A stretch of 64,000 nt of DNA from the human T2T-CHM13v2.0 reference genome, Homo sapiens. A model generated the notes under the pieces. The model made no database searches. It was not told the DNA's origin and worked only from the letters and a program-made list of their open reading frames with translations. Where the stretch lies: NCBI RefSeq assembly GCF_009914755.1, contig NC_060926.1; one strand, 5' to 3'. Positions 13,450-28,883 of the stretch are shown piece by piece. Position numbers and translations under genes: made by a program. Position 1 is the stretch's first letter. Each line of letters opens with the position of its first letter.

Positions 13450-13954
13450 TTCAAAATCAGCAGACACATAAAACAATCACAATTCTAAGTACCTATAATT
13501 TACTTATCTATGTGCCCCCTGAAATACATACACAAAAAAGTTAAGGGAATGGTATTTGTAATAGCAGCCTAAGTGCTCGCCAAGAAGGAAATGGTTAAAT
13601 AAACAATTTTCATTCATCTAATACAATACTATGTGCTGGGAAATAAAAAAGAGGCAGATCTATAGTTCCTAAGGTGGAAAGATTGCAAAAACAATCAAGC
13701 AAGTTGCAAAAATATTTTCTAGTTTTTGTAATTCCATTCATGTTTTAAAAATGACACGCTAGATTTTTTAATGAACATATTAGTATGGAAAGAAACAGAA
13801 AAGGTCTGGAAGAAAACTCTGTTCAAACTGATGACTTCTGTGGAACAAAGTGATAGTTACAGGGGTGAAAAGGGGAGCAGGATAAAAGCGGTCTTTCAGT
13901 TTTTATTATATGTCATTCTCCTATGTTTTTCAAATCATTATTCTATGTCTCTTC

Positions 13955-14233
13955 TCAGTAAGGCCTATCCTGACCAACTCATCTAAAATTACAACTTCCC
14001 ACCACACTCCCTGAAGCCCCCATCCCATTCTGTTTCTTTCTATCACTCCTATTCCATTGTAACAAACCACATAATTTACTTACTTATTAAGGCTATTATA
14101 TATTGTTTACCTACTCCCATAAGAACGTGAGCTCCACAAGGACGGGGATTTTGCTCTGTATTTCTCACTGACGTATCCCTTAAACCTACTAAGACAGGGC
14201 ACATAGTAGGGACATAATACATATTTGCTGAAT
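13955..14233 (+). mobile_element. L2 3' end
   Basis: tctcagtaaggcctatcctgacca...gaacgtgagctccacaaggac...ggcacatagtagg...atatttgctgaat. Confidence 0.75.
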
Positions 14234-15097
14234 AGTTACATATTTAACACTTTTTAATTTCCTTTATAATAGATAAATAAAATACTTCATGCTTTGCTTA
14301 CAGAAAGCAGTTTGGGGTAGTTGGCAAATCAGAGGGACACTTTAATTAAAAGCTGAAAGGACACAGGAAGCATCACTGTAGCATCTCTTAATACAGCTCA
14401 AGATAATCAAATGTCAAGGCTGTCAAAGGAATGGGTGTCAAAAAACTAGCCTGAGAAGCTGTGCAATAGCAGGTGGGGCCTGTTATTCCTAAAATTTGGT
14501 GGAAGTGTTTACATGCAAACACATGTATCCTTTCACAGAAATAAGAGTTCTATTCATATGCTTCTTTAATTATAAATCAATATGTTAACAGACATATGGT
14601 GCTGAGAAATCAAATGAGTCTAGATGCAGTAAACCACCTATGACTTTCATATCCCATTTAAGAAGGTCAGTACTGATGCCTGAAGATCAACTCACGGCAC
14701 ACTACATAGTCTTTCCCTTCCTGTCTGTGCAGAAAATATTCTTGCCAAAAAGATACTGCTATTCTCCAAATAACAAATCAGCTATCAGAGCAATTTCAAC
14801 AAGCACACAGTAAGAGATTATCCTAAATCCTTATGACCTGCACCCATCAGCCTTACTAGCAAGGCAGGATCCAATGGATATCGTCCAATGAAGATTTCTT
14901 GCGGTGAACAACAAATGTTTTGTGAGTCAATGATGCTACTTTAACCATGTTATGTTGTTATATTTCTCAGCAGAACTGACACTTTTAGTAAGAAATACTC
15001 TTAGAAATAGCAGAAAAGCCTAGACTCTGCACCTTAGATAAAATGAGAGAAAGGAAGGAGAAATAGAGTTCATGATACATGGTTAAGATCATTCTGA

Positions 15098-15479
<382 letters not shown>

Positions 15480-16299
15480 AAAGTTTATATTTTATGTATG
15501 AAATTGAGAGGTGAATTAAATGATAAACATAGGAGAAAACAAAATCTGAAGGAGAGCTACCATGGGGAGGCAGGCAAGCTGAAAAATGCCTAGGAAAGGC
15601 CTATCCACATGGCATGCAAGATGGAGAGAGAAGGATGAGAGGAAAGAAGAGGAGAAGAAAGGGTGGCCTGTGGCTCTGCTGTCCTCCTCCTTACAAGACC
15701 CAGGCTGGCTACTGCCACTTCAAACTCCATGATGACAGGTACTACATTTAATCAAAAGGAAATGTCTGCTGATTAAAAAAAATTGGGATGGATATCATTT
15801 GTAGTCCAAAGATTTTGTTTTCTTAATGAGAATTTATTAAGGTATACATTAATTACTAGGTCTGTAAAATATTTGGAGCTATTTAAATATGCTCAAATTT
15901 CCTCTAGGAGAATTAGCAGGTCTTGTGAACTACAGTTATCATTAGGCATTAGGATAATTAATCAAATGGAGGAAGTAAATCAAATACGATCTCTTAATCA
16001 AAAGATGACCAGGCCTCAAAGGGAAGCTGTTAAAATTTTTTGAGTGCTCCTTAACCTACTAAGGTATTATTTGGAAGATTTAAAAACCAAGACCAACAGA
16101 CTCAACCAAGAGTTTCTAACCATTTTAATATCTACTTTATTGCAAACAAAAAACATGGAAGACACTTTGCCTGTATGGTTACTATGTTTTCTAAAGGCAG
16201 TAATCCTAAGAGTTAAAATTAATGGATTACCTAGTCTGTGACAAGGATTCCGTGGAGGGTTTTGTGTACGGGATTTTGCCAACCCTCATGGCGACTTTC

Positions 16300-16420
16300 T
16301 TATAAGTACTGGGATCATCCTCATTTGACAGATGAGGAAACAGGCTCAGAAAGCAAAGTAATTTGCCCCGATTTATTCAGCCCAAAGTAACTCAGACAGA
16401 ATTAGGAGCTGCAAAGTCCT
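16300..16420 (-). mobile_element. MIR fragment
   Basis: catcctcatttgacagatgaggaaacaggctcagaaag...taatttgccc. Confidence 0.7.
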
Positions 16421-16543
16421 CGTGCCTTTCCTTTTTCTTTCTACTCCATGAGATTTTGAAGCATCTCCCCTAAATGGATCAGACTCTGATACCACAAGAA
16501 AGGAATGAAATGGCAAAATAATAAATAAATAGCCACAGCTCAC

Positions 16544-16573
16544 CTCTGGATTTTCTTCTTTTACTCTTCGTGA
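16544..16573 (-). CDS. STK39: STK39 30-nt coding microexon (probably exon 12), SRRVKEENPE
   Basis: Acceptor ttgttttacag|TCA and donor GAG|gtgagc; phase 0-0; 97-nt intron upstream. Confidence 0.95.
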
Positions 16574-16598
16574 CTGTAAAACAATTATGTATCCATTA

Positions 16599-16844
<246 letters not shown>

Positions 16845-17704
16845 TCACTGGTGCTGCAACTTGGGTTATACGGCATACACACCAACCTGAAAATAACCTG
16901 AGTGGCTGTGAATCCAGGGATAGCTAGCGGTTAAGATCCAAAAAGACTACACAGCCTCCAGGTTCCCAAACTCATCCTCTTTCCAAAAATGCTGTGTTTT
17001 TTGAAATGCATTACTATATACATGAAGAACAAAATATTTTGGAAGAACATTGCACATATAAGCAATTAAGGATCAAGCTCATTTTTCATGTTTACTTCAG
17101 TTAACACTTTATTAGTTGCCATATACAAAAGGCCATGTGGTAGGCATCAAATTGCCTAAGGAAGCGCATGCAAGCAACATCCTGCTGACTGAGCAAAGGC
17201 AGAGAAATCAGGAAGCCTAATGACGCATACTAGACCATGGGTATTGGCAATCTAAAAACCTAAGACAACAAAGCACACCCTTCTATTGCCACCTCACTCT
17301 CTTGCAGAACCTGACAATTATGCTTATTTCCCCAGGATTCTGCTCAACCTATTTGAACAAAACAAAACAGCACCAGACCATTCTTAACACACTTTGTAGC
17401 ACTTATGAGACCTGTGAGATTGCTAGGAACACAGCTTGATAATCAGCAGCCATGCTAGTGTCTAGATTATAATCAGTCTTCCTCATTATTTCAAATTGTT
17501 TTGAGCTAGGGTAGAGATGTAATCCATAGGGCAAGCTTTCCCAAATGTCTTTGTGGTTGGAAAAGCAAAACTTTTAAAAGGACAGGATGACTGAAGTGAG
17601 CCTCTGAGACCAAAGTAATTTGCTTAAAAAATTTACTAAGATGTAATTAAACAAAGCACTGTAGCAGATGAACATGATGTGAATGCAACAGCCATGGTCC
17701 AAGG

Positions 17705-17880
17705 ATTCAGAGAAACTTCGTGTGGAAAGGGAGCTTCCAGACAATCTAGTCCAACCTCTTCATTTTACAGATGAGGAGATGGAGGCCCAGAACGTGACCC
17801 AAGATCACACAGTAATGAAGGCAAAGCAAGGCAAGAAACAAAGCCTTAGACTCCCACTCAAATGTGACTCTCCTTATGCC
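17705..17880 (-). mobile_element. MIR3/MIRc fragment
   Basis: tggaaaggga...atctagtccaacctcttcattttacagatgaggagatggaggcccaga. Confidence 0.75.
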
Positions 17881-20800
17881 ACTGAACGATAACCGCCAGC
17901 AAGAAGTTATCTAAAACTGTCCTTTGAAGACTGAAAGACTATGATGTGAAGAAAGCCTACTTTTTATAATAGACACTATTTAGTTGCATCACAGGAGCTT
18001 CAGTAAAACCAAGGGAAACAACACAGAACTTAAATTTAAATATTTAAGTTTAGTATACATGTCAGATCAATGCGAAGTCATAAAAAATGCATGCTAGGGG
18101 TTGGCTTTGATTTGAGGGCCTTACCATCTAGAACCTGTAAAAGTAATCCTGACCAGTTGGTCTAGAAGATTTGAGCTCCAACATAGAAAGTCAGCAAGAA
18201 AGTACAAAGTACTTTTTCATAATTGCAAATAGTTATGCTCATTTTTTTTTAAAAAAAGCTTTTTTCTCCAACCCCTACCCCCCAAATTTTTCTTTTTAAC
18301 TAATTTATCTTTGAAATAGTACTTAGTAAAACCTCTTTTGGGCTTGGCATCAGATATTTCTTCCGCTTGCATTTTGAGTTGCTCTAAAAGTCTTTTCTAA
18401 TGACGGTGATTTTAATGGTGCTTATAGATGTTGGCAAAGTACTATAGAAAAAATGCCAAAATGCACTTCAGCATTTGCAGAACAGATTGCTCATTTTAAT
18501 GCTTGCAGAAATAGCTAAAGGAAGAGAAAATAATTTTCTGTTGACATATACAATAAAATTATTTTCTTAGCAACGCTGATCATGGTGGTAGCAACATAGA
18601 GAAACATATGTTAATGACTACATTGAAAAGGAAGAATTTAAAGCCACATCTATTACAAAACATACTGTCAACTAAGAAGTGAGAAAACAAGTAAAATTAT
18701 CTATCAGACACAGAACAAAACTCTGTCTTTACTAAAATTGTAGAACCCAAGGATAGCTGATGAATTAGTATTCTTTAAGTACTCACCCAAGAGATTACAC
18801 TAAGGAAATCTTCTTTTCCAGAGAGAGTCTAGATTAACATCCTAAAATTTAGTTTACGTCCTTTCCCCCTCTGGCTCTATGTTTACAAGCTCTGTCAGTT
18901 TCATTTCCACAAGCAGAATCCAACTATAAACAATAAAATGGCCCATTTTCTCCCATTTTTATTTTATTTTAGAGCCCTGGCTCTCTCTCTGTTTGTTTTA
19001 TTTGCTGGAAGAGAGAAAGATAAAACAAAATGTCTAGGATTATAGCTCTAGACATTGAAAGAAATGGTGGGATGGGCCTTTAAGCAATAAACATTGGTTA
19101 AACAAATAAATATACAAATGTTGACCAAATTAAGAGAAAGAACATTCAAAAACCTATGTAGGGAATAGTATTGGTAAAATTGCCACTAGAATAAGAATAC
19201 TAACTTGTCTTTGAGAATGTCCCCTCAGCTTACTCCTAGGAATAAACTTGCAGCATAATTTGAAACCCAGGTTTCATGGTGGATTTATGTGACATTGACG
19301 TCTACCAAAGGGACGGGAAATCAATTTTACAAAGTTACATCCTTGTAGGGAGTTTGTAGGGATGATGAGAAACAACTTTTATCTTTTAGAGCCATCTAAG
19401 TTTCACACAGTTTAGTAAATGGTCTTATTCGGGAATTGAATAATACCTTGCAAAGTTAAAACTTCAAAAAAAAAAAAAAGTGCAGAAAAGCTTCCATCTT
19501 CCCCACACCCAACGATGAGAATGGAGATTATTTACCCTTGTAATTCTAATTTCATTGATTATTACATTGCTCTTGTTCTACTAAATGATTTGCTCATTTA
19601 GTAAAGCCAAGAGGTGGTAGAAAGAATTTATTCTCTATTTTCTCTGTCAGGGATTTTAAAAAATCCATTGCTTCTCAGAGAAACAAGCTCAGTTTAAGTG
19701 ATACCTAAAGGAATTCATAATCTCACAAATTCTTCAGGTCATAGTTGGCAGTAGTAAGGTTAGAAAATGTTTTATATTTTCTTCTCTTTCTCTAAATGTT
19801 ATTTTTAATGAAAACCCGTTAAATAAATGAACCCAAGTTCTGATTCCAAGAAAAGAAGGCAGGCTCAGCCAGATGAACAAAGGAGAAGCATGGTTCCTGG
19901 CCAGTGCTGGTGGCCACCAGGCAAGATGTAGGTGGCCACTGGGCAGGGCTAGGATGAGCAGCCACAGAGAGGAGATGGCAGCAATGTGGACAACAGTCCC
20001 TAGAGCGGTCTGACCTGTCACTCCAGTGCTGCATCTCTAAACAGGAGCTGTCTGCAAATCTGCAAATACAGTTGTACCGTCCCCATGCAACTCAAAGAAG
20101 GCACCTGGCCCCTGACACAGGAATGGGGAGGAAGGATATGAAGAACCACCAGGTAAAATTTCTACGATAGCATCCTAAATGTGTCAGAAATGCAGGTGTG
20201 TGATTCTAACACTCTACTGAACAAAAGAAGAATTTACTGACCCAAAGAAATACTGACCAAAACTTAGTAGAATTTGTCTCAATCTGGCATGTCCATCTGT
20301 CCAAAAAAAAAAAAAAAAAAGGAAAGCACCCACTAGCCTCTCCCACTGCCACATTAACTTCTCCCTGGAAATGGGATTTGGGAATCTCCTTGGAGTGATT
20401 TTTACCCCTTCGGTGGGAATCCTGCACTCAGCCTCTCCTCCACCTGCTGAACATATGGCATGCTGACTACAGTCGAAACCCAAGTGATCCAGGGAGCCCA
20501 CCAGCCTCACGTCCACCTATCAAGAACCTACTGCACCAGCAGAAAGCAACACATAGTGACATTCCTGTTACCAGGCATACTACTGATGAGAAGTATAAAA
20601 AATATTTCTAATTAATTGCTGTTTATCATGTACTTGAGGCACTGCCAAGCAGACAAAAAGCCTTCTAAATCATGAAAAATTAACGAAATGTGACTCAGTA
20701 AGACGTTAGCAATAAATATTTTACTGTCTCCATAGTTTATACTCTGACACTGCTCCTCTCTGACCACCACCTCTCTCGGCACCTCCATCCTACACCTACT

Positions 20801-21115
20801 GCCTGGCTCCACTGTCCTCTCCAGCCTAGGTCCTCTCCTGCTCTTCCACCAGCCCCCTCCCGGCTCTACTCCTCAGCATGCAAGGCCTGGCACCCACAGC
20901 TGACTCTAGATGCTACACTTACTAGTACTCAATGTCCCCATGTCCCCTGGCCAGATGAACCTTCCTATCCAATCCACACTTGAAAAGCAAGCCCTGGGAT
21001 CAGCCCCAACATGTACTCTCTAATCCTGAACTGCCAGCCAAGAAGAGCACCAGTCAAGTGCGCATGATGCCTGGTGCCACTACAGATGGCCACCGGCCAC
21101 TCCTAGATGGGGCAT

Positions 21116-21299
21116 CAGTGCTGCTACAACCCTGCCCCTCCAAGTGAAGCCCATAGACTGGGGCAACAGCAGCACCTGGGAGGGAGCTTGTTAGAAATGC
21201 AGAATCTTGGGACCCACCCTAGACCCACAAAATCAGAATCTTCCTTTTCAATAAGATCCCCCAGGGGTCATATTCTCATTCAAGTTTGAGAAACACTGT
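21116..21299. mobile_element. MER5A hAT element
   Basis: agcagcacctggg...gagcttgttagaaatgcagaatct...aatcagaatct...caagtttgagaaacactg. Confidence 0.8.
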
Positions 21300-21666
21300 G
21301 CTAGACAACACTTTCCCTCATTGCCAGCCTAGCCCCTTGCCCCTAGCTGGTATTCATACAATGTTAGGTACTATGTTCTACGGATTTTACATGTATTAAC
21401 TAATTTAATCTTCATAGTAGCTTGTGAGCTGAGAATGATTGTACTGCCCCATTTTTCAGAGGTAAAACTGTGACACATGTAACATGTGTCCATGGCCCAA
21501 GCTCATACAGCTGGGAGGTGACAATACTAGGAGATGTAAGAGCAGGAGTCAGATCCCCAACTCTCCATTCCTCTCTCTGCTACTGCAGCTTACAGTAGGG
21601 CCTCAGTTCACCAGCCCCAATCACTTAAAATAACTTCCTCTGCTACCCTGAGAGCAAGTCCATCCA

Positions 21667-23225
<1,559 letters not shown>

Positions 23226-23594
23226 TGATATGGTTTGGCTGTGTCCGCACCCAAATCTCATCTTGAATTGTAACTCCCACAGTTCCCACATGTCACAGGA
23301 GGAACCCGGTGGGAGGTAATTGAATTATGGGGACAAGTCTTTCCTACACTGTCCTCATGACAGTGAATAGATCTCACAAGATCTGATGGTTTTAAAAAGA
23401 GAAGTTCCCCTGCACAAGCTCTCTTTGCCTACTGACATCCATGTAAGATGTGACTTGTTCCTCCTTGCTTTCTGCCATGATTGTGAGGCCTCCCTAGCCA
23501 CATGGAACTATAAGCCCATTAAACCTCTATTTCTTTTGTAAATTGCCTAGTCTCGGGTATGTCTTTATCAGCAGCGCAAAAACATACTAACACA
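23226..23594 (+). mobile_element. THE1A-like 3' LTR (antisense to STK39)
   Basis: tgatatggtttggctgtgtc...catccatgtaagatgtgac...ttttgtaaattgcc...tttatcagcagc...ctaacaca. Confidence 0.92.
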
Positions 23595-25350
23595 TACTCA
23601 CAGCCCCTATCTTCCTAATAAACTTCACACTCTCACCCTCTTTCCCTGCTGTGTGCAAAGACAATGGATTCCTTCTTTTTACAAGACCAATGCCTCTGGG
23701 AGCACTCCTCATGTATCTATTCACTTATTCCTTCCTTCAAGACACTTATAGCCAGGCCCTGCCTCCTCTACATCATCTGTAAATATGCTTAAGTCTCTCT
23801 TATACTTCTACCAAAAGAGCGCCAGGGACCCCACTGATTTTCATTCTTCCTTAAGAATTACTCCATCACTCTTCTCTTTCACTGTCAACGTTTTGCTAAA
23901 GATAGTCTCCAATTGTGGCCCTCACATCCTATCTTATCCTCACACTTTAATACCGTGCAAAAATGGTATCTGTCCCTACTAGGCCACCAATGCTATTCTC
24001 TCTCCCTTTGAGATTTAATGACTTCCTAATAGTGTAATTCAATGCTCTTCCCTGTGGCCATAACACTGTCTTGTAGACACTGCTGAACTCCATTCTTTTC
24101 CTTTAGCTCTTTCCAAATCTGTGTCCACAATATTTCTCCTCCTACCTCTCTTGTCCTTCTGTGTCCTCCAACTGTTCTTTGCTCTGCCTCCACGATAAAT
24201 GTGACTGCTCCCAGCCCAGTACACATTCTCAGCTCACTAGACACTGTTGCCCTGAGTGAACACACCTTCTCCATGGCCTCCCGGACCTCATCTAAATTGA
24301 AATCCTTGGAAACTGCATTTCTTAGTCTTGTTTTCCAAGTGTTCTGTTGGATATAAACACCTTATCTGTTTTTCAAAGTTGAGTTTGCCACCCCTAACCC
24401 ATTTGTTAATCCTCCATCTCCAGCCTCATTCTGACACTTCTCCAGTGTTGTCTTAGTTAATGCCTTTGAATCTCATCCCAACCCCCACTGCCATCATGTT
24501 CACCAGGGGCATGGTCATATAATGCTCCTAACATGATGCCTGCCATATAAGAAACACTCAAAACATGACAGGTGCTATTATCATGAATATCCTCAATGCT
24601 TCTCCCAACCAAATCTATTTATCTATTTATAATCCAGCCCCAAATTATTTATTTGTTTATATATTTTCTACCACATCTCTTTAGATACCCTACAATCCAG
24701 TTATGTACATGTCACATATTTTTGTGACTCTACCATTTCCCATATGCATTACCTACATCCTTGGCCTGATCTGCCCTTCCACATTCTCCTTTTTTTTTTT
24801 TTTTTTAAGCTAAGAAGCTTTTGTCGATCCAATTGGAATTTTGCCTATACCTCTATGTCATTCTACTTTGTGTTACACTGGACATATAACATATCAAACT
24901 GTATACTCCTTCAGGGCAGAGAGCTTGTTTTAGACATTTTTTAAAAATCACTTCTTACTTCATTTGGTCAACAAAGTTTTATTGACTACCTTCGTCTACC
25001 AAGTTCTAGACCAAAGATGAATAAAACAAAATCTTACACCTTGGAGTAGTTCACAGTCCAGACAGGTGGACAGACATTTAAGCTAGAAATTTTTTTTAAA
25101 AGACATAAATACTATAAAAAAGATACAAATCATGGGAATCTGCAGAAGAGAGGATGACTGTCTATCAAGGGACAGTATGGAAGGGTAGCTGCTAGAGCAT
25201 TAGCCCAGCAAGCAGAGAAAGCAAAAACTTAGCACATTCTACTGACTCATGTAATGTGGCTGGGTCACAAGATACTGGGATCTAGGGGGCTGGTTTCAGA
25301 AAATGGCTAAGAGCAAGGCTGGAAAAGTTGTGTAAAGAATCTTGTACAAT

Positions 25351-25677
25351 CAGAAAGGCAAATTCAAAGGCCTATAGGAGGCAAGCAGAAAATGCAAAGG
25401 AAAAGCTGGCCAAGTGAGGACTTGGGTGACCTGAGGAGCACCTGTCCCACCATAAGAAGGCAACCAGCATTGACTGACGGCTGCCACAGGGAGACAGCCC
25501 CAGCATAGCCAGATCTTCTGATTCTTCTAGAGAAGTGGATAATTTGGATTTTTATGTGAATGCTCTTGACTTATTCTAATGTTAACATATCAAGTTAAAA
25601 AAAAAAAAACTTTCTCTGTGCAGCCTAAAAATTAATGTCTTTGGGACAAATTTGGCCTGTGAGTTCACACCCCTGTT
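25351..25677. mobile_element. MER102-like hAT-Charlie element
   Basis: gccagatcttctgattcttctagagaag...tggatttttatgtgaa...tttggcctgtgag...cccctg. Confidence 0.65.
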
Positions 25678-25949
25678 GTACACCAGCCAGAGGCTTAGAA
25701 TTCAGACAATGGGAAAACATGGAAAGCTTTCAGGTGGGCATGGTGGGGGGAAGGGAGAATGAGAAAATCTGGATTTCTGAAAGCAGAGCAGAGGATGTGC
25801 TAGGACTTGAGGATAACAAAGGCCTGAAAGAAATCAGCATGTTAATCACTCCAGTCACTACTGACATGTAACTAATCACCCTAAAACTGAGTGACTTAAA
25901 GCAACAATTAGCCCTATGACAATCAGACTTGCTTCCAAGATGGCTGACA

Positions 25950-27698
25950 GCAAGCACGAGAGACCCCGAGTCAGGACAAGCCCTTTCTGAATGCCTGACA
26001 CATAGCAACAGTGCGAGATAATGAAATGACTGTTGTTTTAAGAAGGTTGTCAGTGAGGGCTTAAAGAAAAGTGAGGGAAATGTTCCTGGAAGCTAGAGGA
26101 AAGGAGGACCCTGTTGTGCAGTGACAGAGAGTTTAGCAACACTGACATCTACAGTAAAGTGGGAAGCGGAAATGCACCTAATGAACTCAATGATCTATCT
26201 AAAGAGATTTCCAGGCAGCCACTTAAAGTGACACCTGGGTTCTGCTCACTGCCTATAAGATGTGAGCAGAGAGAGATGAGCTAAAGAATAAACTGTTAAA
26301 TATAAACCTGTTTCTCATTCCCAATCTCTCCACACATCAAACAATTCTTGAGCCAAGAAATGGTTTCAGAGCAAAAATCAAACCCAGGGTGAAACTGCAC
26401 AACCTTTTAAGAATTCAGAAAGGTCTAAGGTGGTGCCTTGTAGACACCTTCAAACGTACCTAACACCTTCTGAGGATCTTAATAGTTTGTGTTGCAGAAC
26501 CTCTGCATTAAATAACAGGGATTCCAAGAATCACAGGGCACTGCCCCTTAGCTGTCTCACAGGGAACCCATGGTAGACAAAGCATCTTGTGGTCATGGAT
26601 CTTCACTAATGGAGTGAACCCAACAAGATTCACAGAAAACCCACTACCTTTTTTGATATCGTACTACAAAATACTGCCAAGTTAGACAAAAAGAAACAGA
26701 ATACAAAATAAAAAGAGGCCTTCAGATCCTAAACTTTTGCTGGCAGGAAGCAGTCTGAGAAGGCTCCTTAGCTGCAAACACTGACTCTTTCTTGTGGAAA
26801 AAGAAGGATGGCTTAAAGAACAGAACTTGAGAGGGGAGCCAAGAGCCTTAGAAAACAGCAAAACTGGACAGAACCCTGATCAAGGAGCTGGCCACCCACG
26901 CCTGGCTAGACTCCAGAACTCCCATGGACCTGTGTGCTCCCGTTTTCCCCCTTTTGGGCAAATCTTTAAGACGTGTGTATTCCTGCCGCATCCTGAGTGT
27001 ATGTCCAGCAGATACTTGTCTCTTTAGTTCACAGGCTTTAAGATTGAAAAATCAAGGAGCTGTGCCCATGGCACCAGTCCTGAGGAGCCTCCTCTGCACC
27101 CAGATCTGATTTAGAGGACAAGGTCATGATTTTGAGCCTAAGCCTGGAGCTGCCACAGGATGAAACTTTTGGAGAGTCTTAAAAGCTCAAGAGCATATTT
27201 TAGACATGGAAGAGATGTAAGTTGTTGTGGCCAGAGCGTAGATAGATAGCAAATTGTTTTTTCCAAAGATGCCCATGACAATATCTCCTGCCCCACATGT
27301 CCAAGAATCTTGCCACTTCACTACCAACAGACAGAGTCCAGTGCCCTCTCCTTGAATCTGGGTGGATTTTTGCCTTACCTATAACCAACAGAAATGAGGC
27401 AGAAGTGAGGGAAGGTCAGAAAAGGTGATGCAACATCTATCTTGCTCACTGGAATACTCAACGGTTGAAGTCTTTAAGTGCCATGTAAGCATTCCAACTG
27501 CCTTCAGACCCCTGTGCTGTGAGGTAGCCCAGACTAGCCCCCAGGTGACCTGACCATCTGGCGCAGTGGCATGACACTAGAAGCTGAACAGCCTGAATCC
27601 CTGACCCACAGAAACTGGGAGACTTACTAAAGGACTGCTGCTGTCTTCAGCCATTTGGTCTAGGGTGATTTGTTGCACAGAAATGGATGATCAGGATA
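25950..27698 (+). mobile_element. MLT1G/H-type MaLR provirus remnant (partial LTR + internal sequence + 3' LTR at about 27243-27698)
   Basis: Internal motifs (ggaagctagaggaaaggaggaccc, cctaatgaactc...aaagagatttccaggcag), a tgtggccagag junction, and LTR motifs (ctccttgaatctggg, accaacagaaatg.ggcagaagtga, cctgacccacagaaactg). Confidence 0.75.
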
Positions 27699-28762
27699 AC
27701 GATGGTGATAAGGGATTTACTGAATGTGTTTTCATTTTGTATACTTAGTGATTCTTTGAAAATTAATAGGTCGTATTTGGCAGCCCTTGTCATACCAGAT
27801 AACAGACTCTACCACACACTTTAAGTCATGTTTTCTAATTGTGTATACTCCAGGCCTCTGAACATTCAGATTTTAATTTACACTTACAAAGTATCTCCAT
27901 CTGACTATGTTATTATACACTAAAATTTACCAAGAGGAAAAATGCCCATTTCTATTAATCATAGGCAAGTGGCAAGAGCTAAATATTGGACCTTTTAGTC
28001 AGTGATTCCCATTAACATTTATTTTTTGACTTCTTGGAATTTAAAGCTCTACCAGTTCTGCTAAAATTAGGCATTTCCTTTTTCTATAATGTGAAGGAAT
28101 AGAACAAAAGAATGAGGATATGAAAAAGTTCTATAGGCAATTAGAAAAAAAATTCTAGAGAAACAAAGACTTTATAATTTAATAATGATAATTAAAAATA
28201 CTCAGCTAGTTTGGTGAAAGACACATTTATAGCAACTTCCTTATAATGCCTGAATATTTTCTAACGGGAAGAGAAGCAAATTTGACAAACATTGCTCTTC
28301 AGATAATGAGAATGGAATACTGTAACTTTGGAAACCCAACATGAAAGGGCAATGTCTTGAAAGAGAATGTTCTGGAAGTTGGAAGGGAACTATTCTGAGG
28401 AGGCAGCACAAAGCACAGAGAAGCAATTAGATTTCTTATTCTGCATCAGTCCTATCAAACCTCCAATATGGCATTTCCCCAAGTGAGGGCAACAAAGAAC
28501 AATGGCAACAGCTAAGAGCCACGAAAGCAGAATCCAATTTTGTAACTATTGTCTTTGAAAACTAAAGCTCCTGCTGGAAAGGGTGCCAAGCTGATCTGTA
28601 ACTTTAGCTAATAAAGAGAACGATAGGAACACTCTGTCCTGGTAAGACAAATAGCACAGAAGAGAAAACACACATCATGTAAGACCAAAGGAAAACGCAG
28701 AAACCAAATGTTTGGCTCCAGAGCAGAGTCGAGGTTGCTTAGGATACAGCAATAAGTTAAGA

Positions 28763-28810
28763 GTTAGCTTACCTGCAGAAGAAAGAGGGGTGGCGAAGAG
28801 AAAGAGAAGC
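28763..28810 (-). promoter_or_regulatory. Candidate recursive splice site: long polypyrimidine tract-CAG|GTAAGC
   Basis: Minus strand gcttctctttctcttcgccacccctctttcttctgcag|gtaagc, junction 28773|28772. Motif only; usage not shown. Confidence 0.4.
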
Positions 28811-28883
28811 ACACAGCCAACCAAATATGGCTCCAGGCAGGGCTGGAACCAGAAGATTTCTGACAAGCAACAGAGAAACACAC

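Noticed and set aside
19909-19952. Two TGGCCAC.. starts resembling CTCF sites
   Set aside because: The 3' half (AGGGGGCGC) is missing in both; poor match.
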